A stretch of DNA of 64,000 nucleotides from Treponemataceae bacterium (lineage in GTDB: Bacteria > Spirochaetota > Spirochaetia > Treponematales > Rectinemataceae), in the NCBI GenBank assembly GCA_963678065.2, contig CAXXVZ010000004.1, positions 160,001 to 224,000 on the forward strand, in the 5' to 3' direction. The notes under the pieces were generated by a model that worked only from the letters and a program-made list of their open reading frames with translations, was not told the origin of the DNA and did no database searches. Positions 1 to 9,689 of this stretch are shown one piece after another. Position 1 is the first letter of the stretch. Each line of letters starts with the position of its first letter. Both the position numbers and the translations under genes were made by a program.

Positions 1-2
1 CG

Positions 3-1022
3 GACCTGGTAATGCTCGAGATCTCCCGCATCCCCGTCTTCGCCGAGCGCAAGGCGATTCGCTCCCTCGATGATCTTGCCGCAAAGTTCAAGCTCCCGAA
101 AGAGGACTTCCCCGAGGCGCTGCTGGGCGAGAGCACCATAGACGGCAAGCTCTATAGCCTGCCGCAATCCCGGTCCATGCCGGTCTTCTACTACAACAAG
201 GACATGTTCAGGACTGCGGGACTCCCCGACAAAGCCCCCGAGACCTGGGCCGAGCTGCGCAAGGCGGCAATCGCGCTCACCAGCAAGGACGGGAACCGGT
301 ACGGATTCGGCGTCCAGGTCGGCAATCCCTTCTGGTACTTCTCCAACGCAGTCGAAGGCAACGGCGGCACGATTTCCGTGAAGAAGGGCGCGACCGACAT
401 CCCGACCTTCAACGACGAGAAGGGAGTGGCGGGTCTCAAGTTCTGGTACGACCTCGTCTACTCCGACGGCGCGGCGCGGATCTATCCCGGCCAGGGACTC
501 GCAACCTGGGAAGCCCTTCAGGCTGACTTCATCAGCTCCAAGGTCGGCATGATGTTCATTACGACAGGATGGATGGGAAACATCATAAAGAACTCGAAGT
601 TCGATGTCGGCATCGCGATGCTTCCCGTCGGCCCCGGCGGCGTCAGGAAGGCTCCTACGGGCGGCAACGGGATCGTCATCCCCGCCAAGTCCCCGGCAAA
701 GAACCAGGAGGCGGCCTTCAGGTTCCTGCAGTGGCTCACCGATACCCCCCAGACCTCGAAGTGGGCGATGGACACGGGCTACATGCCCCTCAGGCTCTCT
801 GCCCTCAAGGATCCCCAGCTCGTGAAGTATTTCGCCACGAATCCCGAGTTCAGAGTGGCTGTCGAGCAGATGCGCTACGCGAGCGCTTTCCCCGGCATCA
901 AGATGGATCCCAAGACCGAGCCCGCCCTCAATGTCCTTTGGGAGAGAATTTTCGTCGGCAAGGAAGACATCAAGAAAGTGGCGGACGAGGTTGCCGCCCA
1001 GATCGAAAAAAACATGCGCTGA
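3..1022 (+). CDS. ABC transporter substrate-binding protein, SBP_bac_1/UgpB-like (5' truncated by window edge)
   Basis: Frame open from the window edge (DLVMLEI...). Motifs 'DGKLYSLP', 'YYNKDMFRTAGL...PETWAEL', 'AAFRFLQWL' and 'TGYMP' are typical of CUT1/G3P binding proteins. Confidence 0.85.
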   Translation, partial: DLVMLEISRIPVFAERKAIRSLDDLAAKFKLPKEDFPEALLGESTIDGKLYSLPQSRSMPVFYYNKDMFRTAGLPDKAPETWAELRKAAIALTSKDGNRYGFGVQVGNPFWYFSNAVEGNGGTISVKKGATDIPTFNDEKGVAGLKFWYDLVYSDGAARIYPGQGLATWEALQADFISSKVGMMFITTGWMGNIIKNSKFDVGIAMLPVGPGGVRKAPTGGNGIVIPAKSPAKNQEAAFRFLQWLTDTPQTSKWAMDTGYMPLRLSALKDPQLVKYFATNPEFRVAVEQMRYASAFPGIKMDPKTEPALNVLWERIFVGKEDIKKVADEVAAQIEKNMR

Positions 1023-1024
1023 TG

Positions 1025-1073
1025 GCGCATGGGCCGACCGTTCTGACAGGCCGGTCGGCCCATATGCGCTTTT
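1025..1073 (+). terminator. Stem-loop after the SBP gene (terminator or mRNA-stabilising hairpin)
   Basis: GCGCATGGGCCGACCG ... CGGTCGGCCCATATGCGC followed by TTTT, directly after the stop codon. Confidence 0.6.
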
Positions 1074-1107
1074 GCGGACCTACATTGCAGCATGAGGAGC
1101 CTTTCGC

Positions 1108-2175
1108 ATGAGCACCGTGACAATACTGGGTGCCGGTCTCATGGGGTCGGCGCTGGCCTACCCCCTTTCTGACAACGGCCATTCCGTACGCCTGGTCGGA
1201 ACCTTTCTCGACGATTCGACCATCGCCTCCTGCAAGGAGAGGCACTTCCATCCGCGACTGCGCCGCAGCCTCCCCGACAAGGCGAGCGCCTTTTATTTTT
1301 CGGAACTCGACGAGGCGCTGGATGGGGCCGGCATCATCGTGAGTGGCGTGAATTCCCTCGGTGTCCATTGGATCGGAAAGACACTCGGCCCCCGCCTCAG
1401 AGAAGGGCAGATCCTCATCGCGGTAACGAAGGGGCTCGAATCAGCCCCTGCCGGGAACCCGCGGATCCTCCCCGAGGTCCTGCGCGACGAGTTCCCCGCG
1501 GGCATTCGGGACACCCTGCCCATCGCGGCCATCGGCGGCCCCTGCATCGCCGGAGAACTCGCCGGAAGGCGGCAGAGTTTCGTCATGTTCGGTTGCCGCG
1601 ACCCGGCGGCGCTCGAGGTACTCGCGGCGACTTTTTCTACGAGCTACTACCATGTGACGCCGACGACCGATCTCGTCGGACTCGAATATTGCGCCGCCCT
1701 CAAGAACGCCTACACCCTGGGGGTCGGACTCGCCGCGGGAATGCTTGAGCGCGAAGGCGGCCCCGATCATGCCGAGGCGTACATGCACAACCTGGCCGCG
1801 GCACTCTTCGCCCAGGGGACCACGGAGATGGCCCGCTTCCTCGAGATCACCGGGTCGAGAAGGGAGCTTGCCTACATGCTTCCCGGTGCGGGCGACCTCT
1901 ATGTCACTGCCCAAGGAGGAAGAACCGTGAGGCTTGGCCGCCTGCTCGGATCCGGAAAGAGTTACGCCGAATCGCGGTTGATACTCGACGGTGAAACACT
2001 CGAGGCGGCTGAAATAGTGAAAACACTGGGTCGGGTCCTCCCTTCTCTGGAAGCGAGGGGACTGCTCGCGAAAGACGAACTGCCGCTTTTGCGCAGCCTC
2101 ATCTCCATCGTGGTCGACGGTTCGGCTGCGGCTCTCCCCTACAGTTCGTTTTTCCGGCATTACCACGAGAACTAA
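1108..2175 (+). CDS. gpsA: NAD(P)H-dependent glycerol-3-phosphate dehydrogenase family (GpsA-like)
   Basis: GAGLMG Rossmann motif, 'VTKGL', 'GGPCIA', 'AALKN', 'GAGDLYVT...GGR'; SD GAGGAG. Confidence 0.75.
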   Translation: MSTVTILGAGLMGSALAYPLSDNGHSVRLVGTFLDDSTIASCKERHFHPRLRRSLPDKASAFYFSELDEALDGAGIIVSGVNSLGVHWIGKTLGPRLREGQILIAVTKGLESAPAGNPRILPEVLRDEFPAGIRDTLPIAAIGGPCIAGELAGRRQSFVMFGCRDPAALEVLAATFSTSYYHVTPTTDLVGLEYCAALKNAYTLGVGLAAGMLEREGGPDHAEAYMHNLAAALFAQGTTEMARFLEITGSRRELAYMLPGAGDLYVTAQGGRTVRLGRLLGSGKSYAESRLILDGETLEAAEIVKTLGRVLPSLEARGLLAKDELPLLRSLISIVVDGSAAALPYSSFFRHYHEN

Positions 2176-2260
2176 TTCGTCGCATTTGCATTCACATATC
2201 CATTCGAGTATATTTTTCGCTAGAGATGTCCCGGCGCACGACCCGAAGAGGAGCAGTCGC

Positions 2261-4300
2261 ATGGGGAAGACAGGGAAATCCGGTATTTTTTCAAAACCCA
2301 TACCCACCGTATGTCTTTCCTTTGTGTTGCTCCTGACGATTCTGGGCATTGCTGGATGGCTCTTTGACCGCCCTATATTTGCGAGCTTCAACACCCACTA
2401 TATTCCGATGGCCCCGGGCACTGCTCTCATGCTGTTACTTCTATGCGGAGCTTTGCTGGTGCACCGGGACAAAAAGAGCGGCACAGCTGGAAAAACGATC
2501 GCTCTCGTCGCATCGATAGCGGTCATTGTCAACTGCGCGCTTGTGATCGCCGGTTTCTTGACAAAAATAGATCTGGACATATCCCGCCTCTTCCTGCCGG
2601 CACCGCCCACTTTGGGACTTGTGTCGACCGGCCGCATGTCGAACATCACGGCGGGATGTCTCATTCTCGAGGCTCTTGCGCACATTCTGCTACTCTCCGC
2701 CACACCGGGCAACCGGGTACGCAACCGCTCGATCGCCGGAATACTCTCCTTTTCGGTAGCGATGATCGCCCTCACGATACTGATCGGGTATCTGTATGGA
2801 TCGCCTCTTCTCTACGGGGGTACGCTCATCCCCGTCGCGTTGCCGACAGCGTTTGCACTTTTTTTTCTGGCCTTTGCCACGATGGCCTCCGTGGGACCCG
2901 ATGCATGGCCGGCCATGACTTTTTCGGGCGATTCGGTGCTCGCACGATTGACCCGCGCATTCCTGCCGCTCTCTCTCGTCAGTATCCTCGTGTATGGTTG
3001 GCTGGCTCATGAGCTTGTCCCGCACATCGCCAATCCCGCCCTCGCGGCAGCGCTCATGAGCCTTTTGTATATGGCTGTATTCGGACTCATCGTTTCGCAG
3101 GCGGCGCTTCGCACAAGTGCGGAGATCGATGCAGCCAACGCCGCGGCGGAAAAGGCCCGACAGGAATTGCAGAACAGCGAGGAAAGTCTTTCGTTCATAA
3201 TCGAAGGCAGCCAACTCGGCACCTGGGACTGGAATATCGCGACGAATACGGTAAAACGGAACCGAACCTGCTTCGAGATACTCGGATACGAACGCGAGGA
3301 CTCTGGCTATACTCCCGCAGAATGGAAGAACCGCATCAATCCTGAAGACAGACCGGTCGTATTCGCATCGCTTCAGAACCACCTTCAAGGGAAAACGCCC
3401 CTGCACGAGGTCGAATACCGGATGAGAACCAACGACGGGAAAGAGATATGGGTATCCGATCGCGCGCGCGTCGTTCAGCGCGATGCCGGCGGCCGGCCTC
3501 TCAGAATGAGCGGTATTTTTGCCGACATCACCGAAAGAAAGCATGCCGAAGATGAAATCCAGAAACTCAACCGCGAACTCGAACGACGTGTGGCCGAGCG
3601 CACGCGGCAGCTGGAACTCGCCAACGAAGAGCTGGAGGCATTCTCATATGCGGTCTCGCACGATCTCAGAGCCCCCTTGAGAGCGATGGACGGGTTCAGC
3701 ACGGCACTGCTCGATACCTGCGGCCCGACGCTCGACGTGAACGGCAAACACTATCTGGAACGGATCAAGATATCGACACAGCGGATGAGCGACCTGATCG
3801 ATGCTCTTCTCAACCTCTCGCGAGTCACGAAGAGCGGACTCACCCGACAGACCGTCGACCTGGGCGCACTAGCCCGGGAGATCGTTATAGAACTCAGGGA
3901 ACGAGAGCCGGAACGAACTGTTTCGGTTTCCATTTCTGACGGCCTTGAGGTGCAAGGTGATCCGCAGTTGTTGGGAATCGTACTGGAAAACCTTTTGGGA
4001 AATGCATTCAAGTTTACGAGCCACAGCGAATCTGCTGCGATTGCTCTCGGCATGGAATTCAGAAATGGCGAAACCGTCTATTTCGTGCGGGACACTGGCG
4101 CGGGCTTCGACATGGCTCAGGCCTCCACTTTGTTCACCCCGTTCCATCGACTGCATTCCACAAAACAGTACGCCGGTACCGGAATAGGTCTTGTCACGGT
4201 ACAGCGGATTATTATCCGGCATGGCGGCAGGATCTGGCCCGATGCGAAACCGGATTGCGGAGCTACATTCTATTTTACACTCGGAACCACTCCATCATGA
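2261..4300 (+). CDS. Membrane-bound PAS sensor histidine kinase (orphan)
   Basis: Multi-TM N-terminus, PAS_3 domain, H-box 'LEAFSYAVSHDLRAPL', N box 'NLLGNAFKF', G boxes 'DTGAGF' and 'GTGIGL'. Start placed at ATG 2261 after GAGGAG. Confidence 0.9.
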   Translation: MGKTGKSGIFSKPIPTVCLSFVLLLTILGIAGWLFDRPIFASFNTHYIPMAPGTALMLLLLCGALLVHRDKKSGTAGKTIALVASIAVIVNCALVIAGFLTKIDLDISRLFLPAPPTLGLVSTGRMSNITAGCLILEALAHILLLSATPGNRVRNRSIAGILSFSVAMIALTILIGYLYGSPLLYGGTLIPVALPTAFALFFLAFATMASVGPDAWPAMTFSGDSVLARLTRAFLPLSLVSILVYGWLAHELVPHIANPALAAALMSLLYMAVFGLIVSQAALRTSAEIDAANAAAEKARQELQNSEESLSFIIEGSQLGTWDWNIATNTVKRNRTCFEILGYEREDSGYTPAEWKNRINPEDRPVVFASLQNHLQGKTPLHEVEYRMRTNDGKEIWVSDRARVVQRDAGGRPLRMSGIFADITERKHAEDEIQKLNRELERRVAERTRQLELANEELEAFSYAVSHDLRAPLRAMDGFSTALLDTCGPTLDVNGKHYLERIKISTQRMSDLIDALLNLSRVTKSGLTRQTVDLGALAREIVIELREREPERTVSVSISDGLEVQGDPQLLGIVLENLLGNAFKFTSHSESAAIALGMEFRNGETVYFVRDTGAGFDMAQASTLFTPFHRLHSTKQYAGTGIGLVTVQRIIIRHGGRIWPDAKPDCGATFYFTLGTTPS

Positions 4301-4312
4301 CAGAGGCGCCAC

Positions 4313-5395
4313 ATGCAGACAATCATCGACTCGATCAGGCAGGACAGAACCGTATCGCTCTACGCACCCAAGATCGCGTATATCCTTTCCGGCGGATCGG
4401 CCAAGGGCTTCTGCCATCTTGGCATGATCGAAGCCCTGGAAACGCGGGGCATCAAACCGGATCTGGTCGTCGGGACTTCGGCGGGAGCGCTGTTCGGGGC
4501 GCTGTACTGCCATTTCGGTTCGGTGGAGGGAGTGCTCGGGCGGGTCGAGGAAGTTTTCGCGTCGAGCGAGTTCGCCGCTTTTTCCAGAAAGTATCTGGGA
4601 GAACCGAAGGGCGACGAGGACACTACCTCGAAATGGAAACAGTTCGTGTCGACACTCTCCGGAACAGTAAAAAAGGGGATCCGCATCGGGCAGACCCTCG
4701 CGAGGCAGGCCATGGTGAACGAGCGGGATGTTTCCGCCATTTTTTCGGAGATTTTCCGGGGTATCGACTTCGCGACCCTGAAGATTCCCTTCGCGGCCGT
4801 GGCGAGTGACCTCGGGAATGCGGTTCCCGCCGTCTTCTCATCATTGAATAAAAAAGGATCGGCGCCCGGAGATGATTCCCGGAACAGAGTGGAGCCTCCC
4901 CTCGCGCGCGCCGTCATGGCCTCGACGGCGATCCCCTTTCTCTTTCCTTCGGTCGAGATCGGCGGGCGCGATCACGCGGACGGCTACCTCATGGCCAACC
5001 TGCCTGTGCGCGAAGCCCGCGTCCTCATGGAGGGCGGACTTCTCTTCGTGGCCGGCTTCGATGTCTCGGCCCCCCTCGTGCGGCCGGACGAGGAGCTCTC
5101 TTCTCTCGAACTGGTGATGAGGCTTCTCGACCTCGCGGCGGGCAGCAAGCAGGCCGCCGACAGGGAACTCGCGGACGTCCTGTTCCGCCCTATCGACAGG
5201 AACTACGCGTGGTCCTCCTTCGACGAATACCGCATCTTCATCGACATAGGCAGGAACTACATGAGCGAAGAAAAAGTCGACGCTTTCCTGACTGCCTACC
5301 GCGACAAATGCGCGATTGCGATCGCGGCGGAGCGCAGGCCGGTGAGGCGATTCTTCGCCGAAAGGCGCCTCGGAAAAATGGCGCCAAGGGCTTGA
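4313..5395 (+). CDS. Patatin-like phospholipase (RssA/NTE family)
   Basis: 'LSGGSAKG' oxyanion motif, 'GTSAG' nucleophile, 'ASTAIP', 'DGY' (DGG variant). Confidence 0.88.
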   Translation: MQTIIDSIRQDRTVSLYAPKIAYILSGGSAKGFCHLGMIEALETRGIKPDLVVGTSAGALFGALYCHFGSVEGVLGRVEEVFASSEFAAFSRKYLGEPKGDEDTTSKWKQFVSTLSGTVKKGIRIGQTLARQAMVNERDVSAIFSEIFRGIDFATLKIPFAAVASDLGNAVPAVFSSLNKKGSAPGDDSRNRVEPPLARAVMASTAIPFLFPSVEIGGRDHADGYLMANLPVREARVLMEGGLLFVAGFDVSAPLVRPDEELSSLELVMRLLDLAAGSKQAADRELADVLFRPIDRNYAWSSFDEYRIFIDIGRNYMSEEKVDAFLTAYRDKCAIAIAAERRPVRRFFAERRLGKMAPRA

Positions 5396-5396
5396 G

Positions 5397-6749
5397 TCAG
5401 ACTTCGATGCGCCGCGCCGCCGAGATTCCGGCCAGCCAGCCCGTCGAGAAGGCGGCCTGGAGATTGTAGCCTCCCGTGTCGCCGTCGATATCGAGAACCT
5501 CTCCCGCAAAGAAGAGTCCCGGACAGAGCCGGGATTCCATGCTTTTCGCATTCACCTCTCCGAGATCGACACCGCCCGAGGTCGACATTGCCTGAGTGAA
5601 ATCGCCGAGGGCCGAAACCCGGAGCGTGCAGGCCGAAAGACATGCAGCGAGCGCCTTCCTCCCCGCCCTGTCTATGTCGCAGGCGCGGACTGAAGGGCCG
5701 AGCCCGGCGTGGATGGCCGCCGCCCTCGCGAGACTGTCCGGCAGTCCGAAGACGCGAAGGACTGTCCGGAGTTCGCGCTTGCCGTGGGCGGCGATCTCGC
5801 CCAGGAGGGTGGCCTCGGCATCCTGCTCCGGCAGGGCGAGGGCGAAGGAGAGCTCGTCGCCTGCGCGGATGTTCCGGGACAGGTCGAGTATGCCCGGCCC
5901 AGAGAGCCCCGTGTGCGTGAACAGTATGTCGCCCGAGCCTTCCGCGAGCTTCTTTCCGTCCCGGAACACGGAGATGCGCCTCTCCCTCAGGGCGAAGCCC
6001 GAGCATCCGGCGAAGGGCCAGGGACTGACTGTCGCGGGCGTGAGGCAGGGAGCGGGTTCTACGATGCCATGCCCGAGGGATGCGGCGAGGACGTATCCCT
6101 CCCCCGTCGAACCTGTGCCCGGATACGAGGCGCCCCCTGTCGCGATGCAGACCGTATGGGAACGAAAAGCTGCGGAGGACGCGCGGAGGATGAAGCCCTC
6201 TTTACCGCGCATGAGGGAGATGACGGGGCTGCCGGCGCGGACCTCCACGCCATGTCTGGCTGCCAGGGCCAGGAGGGCATCGAGGACAGCGCGCGCTCCG
6301 CCCGATTCCGGAAAGACTTTGCCGTTCTCGTCGGTCACGAAGGAGAGCCCCTCCGACTCGAAAAACGAGAGGAGTTCTCCGCTCGTGAAGCCGAACAGGG
6401 CAGGTTTCAGGAAGCGCCCGTGACTCCCGTAGTGCGAGAGGAAATCCTCAGCCTCGCCAGAGTGCGTGATATTGCAGCGGCCGGAGCCGGTCGCTAGGAG
6501 CTTGATGCCGGGCCGCGGCATTTTCTCGAGGACGACGACGCGAGATCCTGGGACGACGCGGGATCCAGGGACGGCGCCGGAGGCGTGAGAAGCGACGTCT
6601 CGGGCGGCATCGACAGGCAAGGCGGCCGCGCGGGAATCCCTGTCGCGGATTCTCGCGGCGATGGCGCACATGAGCCCCGCAGGGCCTCCCCCGACGACGA
6701 CGAGTCCGGCATCCTCCATTTCCGCGAATCCCCCGGGCGCAGCGTTCAT
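5397..6749 (-). CDS. HI0933/BaiN-family NAD(P)/FAD-dependent flavoprotein
   Basis: GGGPAG, 'KLLATGSGRCNITH', 'ATGGASYPGTGSTGEGY', 'FTHTGLSGP', 'GEVLDIDGDTGGYNLQAAFSTG'. Confidence 0.92.
   Translation of the reverse strand: MNAAPGGFAEMEDAGLVVVGGGPAGLMCAIAARIRDRDSRAAALPVDAARDVASHASGAVPGSRVVPGSRVVVLEKMPRPGIKLLATGSGRCNITHSGEAEDFLSHYGSHGRFLKPALFGFTSGELLSFFESEGLSFVTDENGKVFPESGGARAVLDALLALAARHGVEVRAGSPVISLMRGKEGFILRASSAAFRSHTVCIATGGASYPGTGSTGEGYVLAASLGHGIVEPAPCLTPATVSPWPFAGCSGFALRERRISVFRDGKKLAEGSGDILFTHTGLSGPGILDLSRNIRAGDELSFALALPEQDAEATLLGEIAAHGKRELRTVLRVFGLPDSLARAAAIHAGLGPSVRACDIDRAGRKALAACLSACTLRVSALGDFTQAMSTSGGVDLGEVNAKSMESRLCPGLFFAGEVLDIDGDTGGYNLQAAFSTGWLAGISAARRIEV
6534..6569. repeat. Imperfect 18-bp in-frame tandem duplication (PGSRVV x2)
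   Basis: gacgacgcgagatcctgg / gacgacgcgggatccagg, within an insertion in the flavoprotein N-terminus. Confidence 0.8.
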
Positions 6750-6795
6750 GGGTCGATTGTTGCAGAGCTCCGGGAAAGGGTATAGTCCCCCGGAG

Positions 6796-8700
6796 ATGAA
6801 TCTTGTTTCATGCGACGGCATATCCAAAGCACTGGGCGACGGCCCGCTTTTCTCCGAGGTCAGTCTCGGCATCGACACAGGCGACAGAGTCGGCTTCGTC
6901 GGACGCAATGGCTGCGGCAAGTCCACCTTCCTCCGCATCCTGGCCGGAACGCTCGAACCCGACTCAGGCTCGATGGCGCGCGCCCGCGAACTCTCCGTGA
7001 GCGTACTCGAGCAGCGTCCTTCCTTTCCTGTCGATTGTACGCTCGGATCCTTCCTCTACCTCGCGGACTCCCCGATAGTCCGGGCGGTCAGGCGCTACAA
7101 TAACCTCGTCCACCAGGAAAACCACAGCCCCGCAGAAGAACGGGAGATCCTCACTCTCGGACAGAGAATGGAGGAGATCCAGGGTTTCACACTCGAGCGG
7201 GTTTACGCGTCCCTGTGCTCGGAACTCGGACTGCCCGCTCAGGATGCGCGGATGGACATCTTTTCGGGAGGCATGCTCAAGAAAGCGGCCATCGCCCGCT
7301 GTCTCGCCCCCGCCTCCGACCTCCTCCTCCTCGACGAACCCACGAACCACCTCGACATCGAGACGATCGAGTGGCTCGAGCGCAAGCTCGTGCAGGGCAG
7401 ACCGGCCTTCGTCCTCGTCACACACGACAGATGGTTCCTCGACGAGGTCTGCACGTCGATCATGGAAATCGACAGGGGCCGCATCTACAAGTACGCCGAC
7501 GACTACGAAGGCTACCTCGAGCGGCGCATCGAGAGGATGGCCTCGCTCGAAAAAGCGGAATCCAGGCGTCTCACCATACTGAAGACCGAACTGGCCTGGC
7601 TCGGCAGAGGCGCGCGGGCCCGCGCCACCAAGAGCGAGAGACGAAAAGAGAGAATCAGGTCGATGCAGGATGCCGCTCTCGAACGGGAACAGAGCATGGA
7701 AGGTTTTTCGACGGGGCAGCGAAGGCTCGGCAAGAAAGTCCTCGAGATCCGCGGCGCCTCCAAGTCCTTCGGAGAAAAATTGGTTCTCCTGCCCTTCGAC
7801 CGGGTCTTCAAAGCAGGCGAAAGGATCGGCATCGTCGGTCCCAACGGCTCGGGAAAGACTACCTTCCTCAACCTCGTCTACGGGAGGCTCGAATCCGACA
7901 CAGGCAGGATCGACCGGGGCGAGAATACATCCTTCGCCTACTTCGACCAGACTGCTTCCGGCCTCGACATGGGAATGACCGTCCTCGAGCTCGTCGCCTC
8001 CCACGCGGAACGCATCACCATGGCCGACGGGAGCCAACTCACAGCCGAGCAGCTGCTGGAAAGATTCCTGTTCACGAGAACCATGCAGGGGCTCACGCTC
8101 TCCCGCCTGTCGGGCGGCGAACTCCGGAGGGTGCAACTCGTCCGCCTCCTCGCGGAATCCCCGAATTTCCTTCTTCTCGACGAACCCACAAATGATCTCG
8201 ACATCGACACGATCGAACTCCTCGAGGATTTTCTTGCTAATTTCGGGGGTTGTGTCGTGTCTGTCAGTCACGACCGGGCCTTCCTGGACCGCACGGTCGA
8301 TTTCATCTTCGCCTTCGATGGCTCGGGTCGGTTCAGGGAATTCGTCGGCGGCTACAGCGAATACCGCAGAAACGCGCCCGAAGCGGCGGCGAACCAGGCA
8401 AAGGCCGAATCGCCCCGGGCGGCGCAGAGTCCTGTAGCGGAGCCTTTGCGCCCGGCAAAACCGGCGCAAAAAAAGCTCAGCTACGCGGAGCGGAAGGAAT
8501 ACGAGGGCATTCTCGACGAGATCTCCGGGCTCGAGGCGGAAAAAACCGCCCTCGAGGCGAGCTTCGCATCGCCGACCCGCGATGCCGCGGCCCGCGCGGC
8601 TGAGGCGAGGCGGTATGCGGAAATCATGACTCTCATCGATGCGCGGACGACGCGCTGGGAAGAACTCGCCTCGCGCGATGTCCCGCCACTCGAGTCATAG
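6796..8700 (+). CDS. ABC-F family ATPase, Uup-like
   Basis: Two ABC cassettes (GRNGCGKST, GPNGSGKTT, LDEPTNHLD/LDEPTNDLD), linker 'WLGRGARARATK', C-terminal 'KLSYAERKE' coiled coil, no TM segments. Confidence 0.92.
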   Translation: MNLVSCDGISKALGDGPLFSEVSLGIDTGDRVGFVGRNGCGKSTFLRILAGTLEPDSGSMARARELSVSVLEQRPSFPVDCTLGSFLYLADSPIVRAVRRYNNLVHQENHSPAEEREILTLGQRMEEIQGFTLERVYASLCSELGLPAQDARMDIFSGGMLKKAAIARCLAPASDLLLLDEPTNHLDIETIEWLERKLVQGRPAFVLVTHDRWFLDEVCTSIMEIDRGRIYKYADDYEGYLERRIERMASLEKAESRRLTILKTELAWLGRGARARATKSERRKERIRSMQDAALEREQSMEGFSTGQRRLGKKVLEIRGASKSFGEKLVLLPFDRVFKAGERIGIVGPNGSGKTTFLNLVYGRLESDTGRIDRGENTSFAYFDQTASGLDMGMTVLELVASHAERITMADGSQLTAEQLLERFLFTRTMQGLTLSRLSGGELRRVQLVRLLAESPNFLLLDEPTNDLDIDTIELLEDFLANFGGCVVSVSHDRAFLDRTVDFIFAFDGSGRFREFVGGYSEYRRNAPEAAANQAKAESPRAAQSPVAEPLRPAKPAQKKLSYAERKEYEGILDEISGLEAEKTALEASFASPTRDAAARAAEARRYAEIMTLIDARTTRWEELASRDVPPLES

Positions 8701-8735
8701 GTTGCGGCCGCGATTCGATCTTCGAAAGCCCTGTC

Positions 8736-9689
8736 TCAGCGTTTCCCGGCATCGTAGATCTCGCCGGAAGCCTTGGGGCCGACCGTACGTCCCGCGAAAA
8801 TTATAAGCGCGATGATCGTGAGGACATAGGGCAGAAGGTAGAAAAACTCGAGGGGAAGCCCCTTGAGGAAGGATATGTCCTTCGCATAAAAGGACAATGC
8901 CTGTGAAAAACCGAAAAAGAGTCCCGCGCCGAGGACGCCGAAGGGATTCCACTTTCCGAAGACGAGGGAGGCCATGGCGATGAAGCCTGTGCCGTGGATG
9001 GTGGAGAGGGTGTACTGAATATCGACGGTGAGCACCATAGCCCCGCCGGCGAGCCCCGAAAGGGCTCCGGAGATGATGACTCCGACATAGCGCATCAGGG
9101 CGACATTTATCCCCATCGAGGCCGCCGCCTGCGGATGCTCGCCGCAGGATCGCAGTCTGAGTCCGAACGGGGTCTTGTAGACGAAAAACCAGGTCAAGAG
9201 GACGAGAACCATCGCGATGTAGAAGGTCGGATAGTTTTCGATAAAAAAGATTTTCCCAAGGATCGGGATATCCTTGAGGAAGGGAACCGTGATCTTGGGT
9301 ATGCCGCTCGAGAATGTCCGCGTGCGCTGCTGGTGGAATATGATCTGACAGAGGTAGACGGTGAGTCCGCCCGCGAGGATGTTGAGAGCGGTGCCTGAAA
9401 TGACCTGATTGGCTTTGAGATTGACGCTCGCAAAGGCGTGGATGAGGGAGAAAATGCTGCCCGCGAGGATACCGGCCCCGATGCCGATCCAGGCCGCGCC
9501 GGGATTGGTCGCCTCGAGGAGAACCGTGACCGTGGCGGCCGCGAAGGCGCCGACCATCATCGTACCTTCTATGGCTATGTTGACGATCCCCGATCGCTCG
9601 CTGAAAAGATCGCCGAGCGCGGCGATGATGATAGGTGTCGCAAACATGAGGGCGATCGGGAACATTTCGAGTATGAGTCCGAAGTTCAT
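8736..9689 (-). CDS. Nucleoside ABC transporter permease (NupQ/YufQ-like)
   Basis: 'SERSGIVNIAIEG', 'TPFGLRLRSCGEHP', 'LPYVLTII'. Confidence 0.9.
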   Translation of the reverse strand: MNFGLILEMFPIALMFATPIIIAALGDLFSERSGIVNIAIEGTMMVGAFAAATVTVLLEATNPGAAWIGIGAGILAGSIFSLIHAFASVNLKANQVISGTALNILAGGLTVYLCQIIFHQQRTRTFSSGIPKITVPFLKDIPILGKIFFIENYPTFYIAMVLVLLTWFFVYKTPFGLRLRSCGEHPQAAASMGINVALMRYVGVIISGALSGLAGGAMVLTVDIQYTLSTIHGTGFIAMASLVFGKWNPFGVLGAGLFFGFSQALSFYAKDISFLKGLPLEFFYLLPYVLTIIALIIFAGRTVGPKASGEIYDAGKR

